The notes beneath the pieces are model-generated. The model searched no databases and had not been told where the DNA came from. It saw nothing but the letters and a program-made list of their open reading frames with translations. Positions 7,459 through 10,391 of a stretch of DNA of 10,391 nt are shown in pieces (the first letter of the stretch is position 1; each line of letters opens with the position of its first letter). A program made the position numbers and the translations under genes. Source of the DNA: a bacterium (GTDB taxonomy: Bacteria > SZUA-182 > DTGQ01); NCBI GenBank assembly GCA_040752695.1, contig JBFMGO010000151.1, forward strand, positions 1 to 10,391, in the 5' to 3' direction.

Positions 7459-8509
7459 ATGCGCCATAATAAGATAATGACATCTCTTTATAACCATGAA
7501 TTACATGGCCTTAACCTTGGACTGCTCCACACTTCAGTCAAGACAGTTGGCGTATTGGCCAATGCAACTATTGCCCCATCCGAGGAAAAAACATTATGCG
7601 ATTTATCCGGGATGGGGGTAATACAAAACATCTGGTTAACCTTTATCGAGGAGCATGTTGCACGGGCAGCTCGCATAAGAGTATATGTCGATGGAGAGGA
7701 AACGCCCTCTATAGACTTCGATATGGGCTCTATTGGACTTGCGCTTCATACGGACCAGGGATTTCGAGGCGGATGGTGTAAGGGACTTGGAAGATATTAA
7801 AATACCGTTTATCAAGGAAGATGAAATTTCCTAATATACCATTAAACCCTTTTAAATGACCATATGCACGGACCGCTATGAAGATGGTTTCCGGTATATT
7901 GGCATTTTCCGAGTCCCTAAACACATATGGGTAGGTAAATCTTCCGCAACATCTCCCACCGGCATGGTATTTCGCTACCCTATCCCTTATTCATCGGGAA
8001 TCAGGATAACTGTTTATAATCCTGTGGCTTATACCTCTTCCCTGTCGAGTCAAATATATGATATATCCGACCTTGAAATTCCCCTGCGGTTAAAATCAAG
8101 CTGCGTTCCCTGGACTGCCCCTTTATCTTTGGGAGTGCCATATGAGCATATCAACCTGACAAACACTACCGGCTGGCTGCTGTATAATTCCCTGACCCTG
8201 GATGCAGATATCAACACTGCTCTTGAATCCAATATGCAAATCTACATCGACGGGGCGCAAACCCCGACATTGGAAACCACCGGCACTGAAGACTGGTTTG
8301 ACGATGCATGGTATTTTGGTGGAAGGGCTCCTTCGATCCCCTGGCGTATGGTCAGCCTGATCGCCAATAATGTCGCTCAATACATAATATCCCTGGACCT
8401 CATGGAGATGGTCGGAGGCCTGTACTTTTCCAATTCAATCAGGACTGTCTGGCAGGCTTATGCTACGGGAATATTCACCTATGTCTGGTTTTGGTATGAG
8501 AAAGCCTGA
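7459..8509 (+). pseudogene. DUF2961/GH172-like paralogue 3, split by a MITE (ORF fragments 7459-7800 and 7856-8509)
   Basis: N-part (GMGVIQNIWL, IRVYVDGEETPSI) and C-part (FRYPIPYS, LESNMQIYIDG...TTGTEDWF..AWYF) together align with paralogues 1 and 2. Deleting 7782-7920 joins them in frame (GGWC-K-HIWVG; paralogue 1 has NGWTEHIFT), giving 303 aa from ATG 7459 or 297 aa from ATG 7477. Confidence 0.85.
7782..7917. mobile_element. 136-bp MITE (non-autonomous IS derivative) with 26-bp imperfect TIRs and a 3-bp TAA target-site duplication
   Basis: Left end GGGACTTGGAAGATATTAAAATACCG (7782-7807) versus reverse complement of the right end GGGACTCGGAAAATGCCAATATACCG (7892-7917): 20/26 identical. TAA at 7779-7781 and 7918-7920. 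No transposase coding capacity. Confidence 0.88.
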
Positions 8510-8516
8510 GAGGGCA

Positions 8517-8615
8517 GTTATAAAGCAGATGAAACAGATGAAGCATAACATACTGCTATGTAAGGATAAAATGCAGCTATGAAGGATAAGATAACGCTAT
8601 GAAGCACAAAATCCT
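8517..8615 (+). repeat. degenerate ~20-bp tandem repeats echoing the start of the 8599 gene
   Basis: CAGATGAAGCATAACAT (8535), GCTATGTAAGGATAAAAT (8555), GCTATGAAGGATAAGAT (8576), GCTATGAAGCACAAAAT (8596, contains the start codon); weaker copy GTTATAAAGCA at 8517. Confidence 0.75.
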
Positions 8616-9084
8616 TGAAAGCTATCTTGCCGTATGGCTCAGGGACTATTACTCGGATGTTACCGTCTGCCTGATTGTCCGGCCCAGTACGGTTATTGGT
8701 AACCTGATAATCCTGTCCCCCACCATTGAGATTGCCTTAAATCCCCTGGAGCTTCTCATTCACCCAATGGAAGCACCCCTGATGCTTTCTCTCGATGGGG
8801 GAATATCTTCTTTTCCGGTTGCCAATATGCTCATGGGAGAGCGAAAACAGATAGGGATTGCCATTACCAGGTCAGATGGAATACCCATAGAGTTTGATAA
8901 TGCCTTATATCGGATATACTGCATTGACGGGACTCCTCAATGCGATGAGGCCACACCAGCCATAAATGGCCACAATGTATTTACCGAAGTGCCTGCTGCA
9001 ATGCGAGGATATTTCTATATTGAATTTACCATCACGGTCAATGGCGTAATTGTCAAGGCCAGGCGTACCTATCAGGTGAAATAA
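8599..9084 (+). CDS. hypothetical phage protein with a probable C-terminal Ig-like beta-sandwich
   Basis: 161 aa, AAGGA upstream. C-terminal ~85 aa (GERKQIGIAI...GYFYIEFTITVNGVIVKARRTYQVK) has alternating beta-strand character like small Ig-like phage tail proteins. Confidence 0.6.
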   Translation: MKHKILESYLAVWLRDYYSDVTVCLIVRPSTVIGNLIILSPTIEIALNPLELLIHPMEAPLMLSLDGGISSFPVANMLMGERKQIGIAITRSDGIPIEFDNALYRIYCIDGTPQCDEATPAINGHNVFTEVPAAMRGYFYIEFTITVNGVIVKARRTYQVK

Positions 9085-9197
9085 AGATGATCACAAAGGC
9101 CAGAGCGCATATACCGGTGAAATAAAGATAACCGGCAAGACCATGCGTACCTGCCAGGTGAAATGATGGCAATACACACTTATCAGGTGAAACAATG
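9054..9197 (+). repeat. four degenerate tandem copies (41/41/29-bp spacing) of the 3' end of the 8599 gene
   Basis: Core GGTGAAA at 9075, 9116, 9157 and 9186. Copy 1 CAAGGCCAGGCGTACCTATCAGGTGAAATAAAGAT; copy 3 CAAGACCATGCGTACCTGCCAGGTGAAATGATG; copy 4 ...CTTATCAGGTGAAACAATG supplies the RBS and ATG of the next gene. Confidence 0.85.
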
Positions 9198-9785
9198 ACA
9201 ATAACCAAAATCACGACACATAACACCGATGCCCTGGCACGCCTGCTCTACCAGTATCGCAATAGTACCATGCTGCATAGCCTGATGGCCGCACTATTTG
9301 GCACCCAAGTTCAGGAGATCGAGGATGCACTCTGGGCCCTCTTCGGCCTCCTTGATATCGACCACTCTGAAGGCATCCAGCTTGATAAGATCGGAACCAT
9401 TGTCGGCCATGCCCGTCTCGGTATGTCCGATGCCTTATACCGCATCTGGCTGAAGGCCAAAATCGCACAGAATGTCTCAGAGGGGGATATTGAGCGGGTA
9501 ATATCGGTCTGGCAATTATTCGTTCCCGGTGCCACAAAGATACATGTGGTTGAAAACTTCCCTGCTGAGGTGATCCTGTATTCAAACGCATCTCCGGACC
9601 CTGCTTATGAAAGCCTGATCATCTCCTCAATGCAAAAAGTGGTTGGTGCAGGAATTAAATTCGGATGGATGTATATGTTCAATCCTGCTAATGCCTTTCA
9701 ATTCCTGGGAGATACCGGCGGCGGTGGATTTGGAGACTTGGACAATCCCAACATTGGTGGAGAATTCTCCTACATTATCGAATAA
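9195..9785 (+). CDS. DUF2612-family baseplate wedge protein (P2 gpI/Mu gp48-like partner of baseplate J)
   Basis: 196 aa, AGGTGA RBS. Motifs LLYQYRNS, DIDHSEGIQLDKIGTIVG..R, MSDALYRIWLKAKIAQN, and a C-terminal F.F.G....GFG.....GGEF segment. Precedes the tail fibre. Confidence 0.85.
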   Translation: MTITKITTHNTDALARLLYQYRNSTMLHSLMAALFGTQVQEIEDALWALFGLLDIDHSEGIQLDKIGTIVGHARLGMSDALYRIWLKAKIAQNVSEGDIERVISVWQLFVPGATKIHVVENFPAEVILYSNASPDPAYESLIISSMQKVVGAGIKFGWMYMFNPANAFQFLGDTGGGGFGDLDNPNIGGEFSYIIE

Positions 9786-9834
9786 GGAAAAGTTCTTATA
9801 TATCAATGAGAACTCTCAAACATTATCGAATAAG
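9760..9834 (+). repeat. 27-bp direct repeat of the DUF2612 3' end
   Basis: GAGAATTCTCCTACATTATCGAATAAG (9760-9786) and GAGAACTCTCAAACATTATCGAATAAG (9808-9834), 24/27 identical. Confidence 0.9.
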
Positions 9835-9842
9835 AGGATGAT

Positions 9843-10391
9843 ATGGCTAAACCGGCAACAAAACCAAACTGGATACCGAGCAATGATCCGGCAAAAATCA
9901 CTGCCCCCGATACCGATAAGCAAAATACCGGCTGGCTCTCTGCTGAAAAGCCTGCCTTCCAGTACTTCAACTGGTTTTGGAACCTGATCTCGAAGTGGAT
10001 ATCATTTCTGGCCGGGAATGCCGAATACAATGTGATTATCAGCAGCGATGCTACCGAGGCCGACTATGCTACCCTGGCCGAGTATATTGCCGATAGCCCT
10101 GCCTCTGGAGACAGGGTCCTGATCAAATCCGACCAGGCCATTACCTCAAAGCTCACTATCCCTTCCGGGATCAAGCTCAAGCTGCTTAAGGGGAAAAAGC
10201 TTACCTGCTCGGCCAATCTGACCACAGTCATTGAATTTGGCAATGACATCGAGACCGAGGGAGACCTGCTCCTGGAATTATCCCATACCGGCACGATTAC
10301 TGAAGCCTTCGTTTTCAATGGCAATAATAACAACCATCCCAACCTGATTGTCAAAAATACCGGCCCCGGCAGTACGATAACTTCTGCATTT
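9843..10391 (+). CDS. tail fibre / tailspike protein, 3'-truncated by the window (absent from the ORF track)
   Basis: ATG 9843 after AAGAGGA, open for 183 codons to the window end: MAKPATKPNWIPSNDPAKITAPDTDKQNTGWLSAEKPAFQYFNWFWNLISKWISFL... The GW...KP..QYFNW motif is a common fibre baseplate anchor, and the gene follows DUF2612. Confidence 0.85.
   Translation, partial: MAKPATKPNWIPSNDPAKITAPDTDKQNTGWLSAEKPAFQYFNWFWNLISKWISFLAGNAEYNVIISSDATEADYATLAEYIADSPASGDRVLIKSDQAITSKLTIPSGIKLKLLKGKKLTCSANLTTVIEFGNDIETEGDLLLELSHTGTITEAFVFNGNNNNHPNLIVKNTGPGSTITSAF

Noticed and set aside
7782..7917. Self-splicing intron or programmed frameshift in paralogue 3
   Set aside because: At 136 bp it is too short for a group I/II intron core, and terminal inverted repeats plus a TAA duplication explain it better as a MITE. 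A simple frameshift would not remove the extra sequence.
7459..8509. Two independent genes (113 aa and 217 aa) as listed in the ORF track
   Set aside because: They are the two halves of one DUF2961-like gene; the end of the first and the start of the second are MITE-derived.
9054..9197. Possible mini-CRISPR array
   Set aside because: The units are degenerate along their whole length with no unique spacers, the first copy is coding sequence, and no cas genes are in the window.
2980..9834. Diversity-generating retroelement template/variable repeat pairs
   Set aside because: The repeats are short (23-41 bp) and adjacent, mismatches are not confined to adenines of one copy, and no reverse transcriptase is in the window.
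964..10354. Remaining short alternative-frame and minus-strand ORFs (e.g. 3208-3597, 4876-5223, 9211-9591, 9643-9987, 10064-10354)
   Set aside because: They overlap well-supported + strand phage genes and show no recognisable motifs; treated as shadow ORFs.

Overview
All supportable genes are on the + strand. They form the baseplate/tail-fibre module of a contractile-tailed (myovirus-type) phage or prophage: Dit-like protein (partial), baseplate plug, hub, Gp138-type spike, an 80-aa protein, gp25-like sheath initiator, baseplate J, DUF2612 wedge and a tail fibre/tailspike that runs off the window. The unusual part is a ~4.9 kb, six-gene cassette (4250-9084) between baseplate J and DUF2612, which are normally neighbours. 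It encodes a small virion-type protein, a two-domain beta-sandwich protein with a XepA/YomS-like C-terminal domain, three tandem DUF2961/GH172-like paralogues sharing an N-terminal Hxx(H/Y)GLNLGL peptide, and a protein with a likely Ig-like domain. Only the third paralogue keeps both putative catalytic glutamates. That copy is interrupted by a 136-bp MITE (26-bp imperfect TIRs, TAA duplication) whose precise removal restores the frame. Many gene junctions also carry degenerate tandem duplications of the stop/start region, and a heptamer-repeat hairpin lies at 765-846. Family assignments come from motif recognition and gene order, not database searches.
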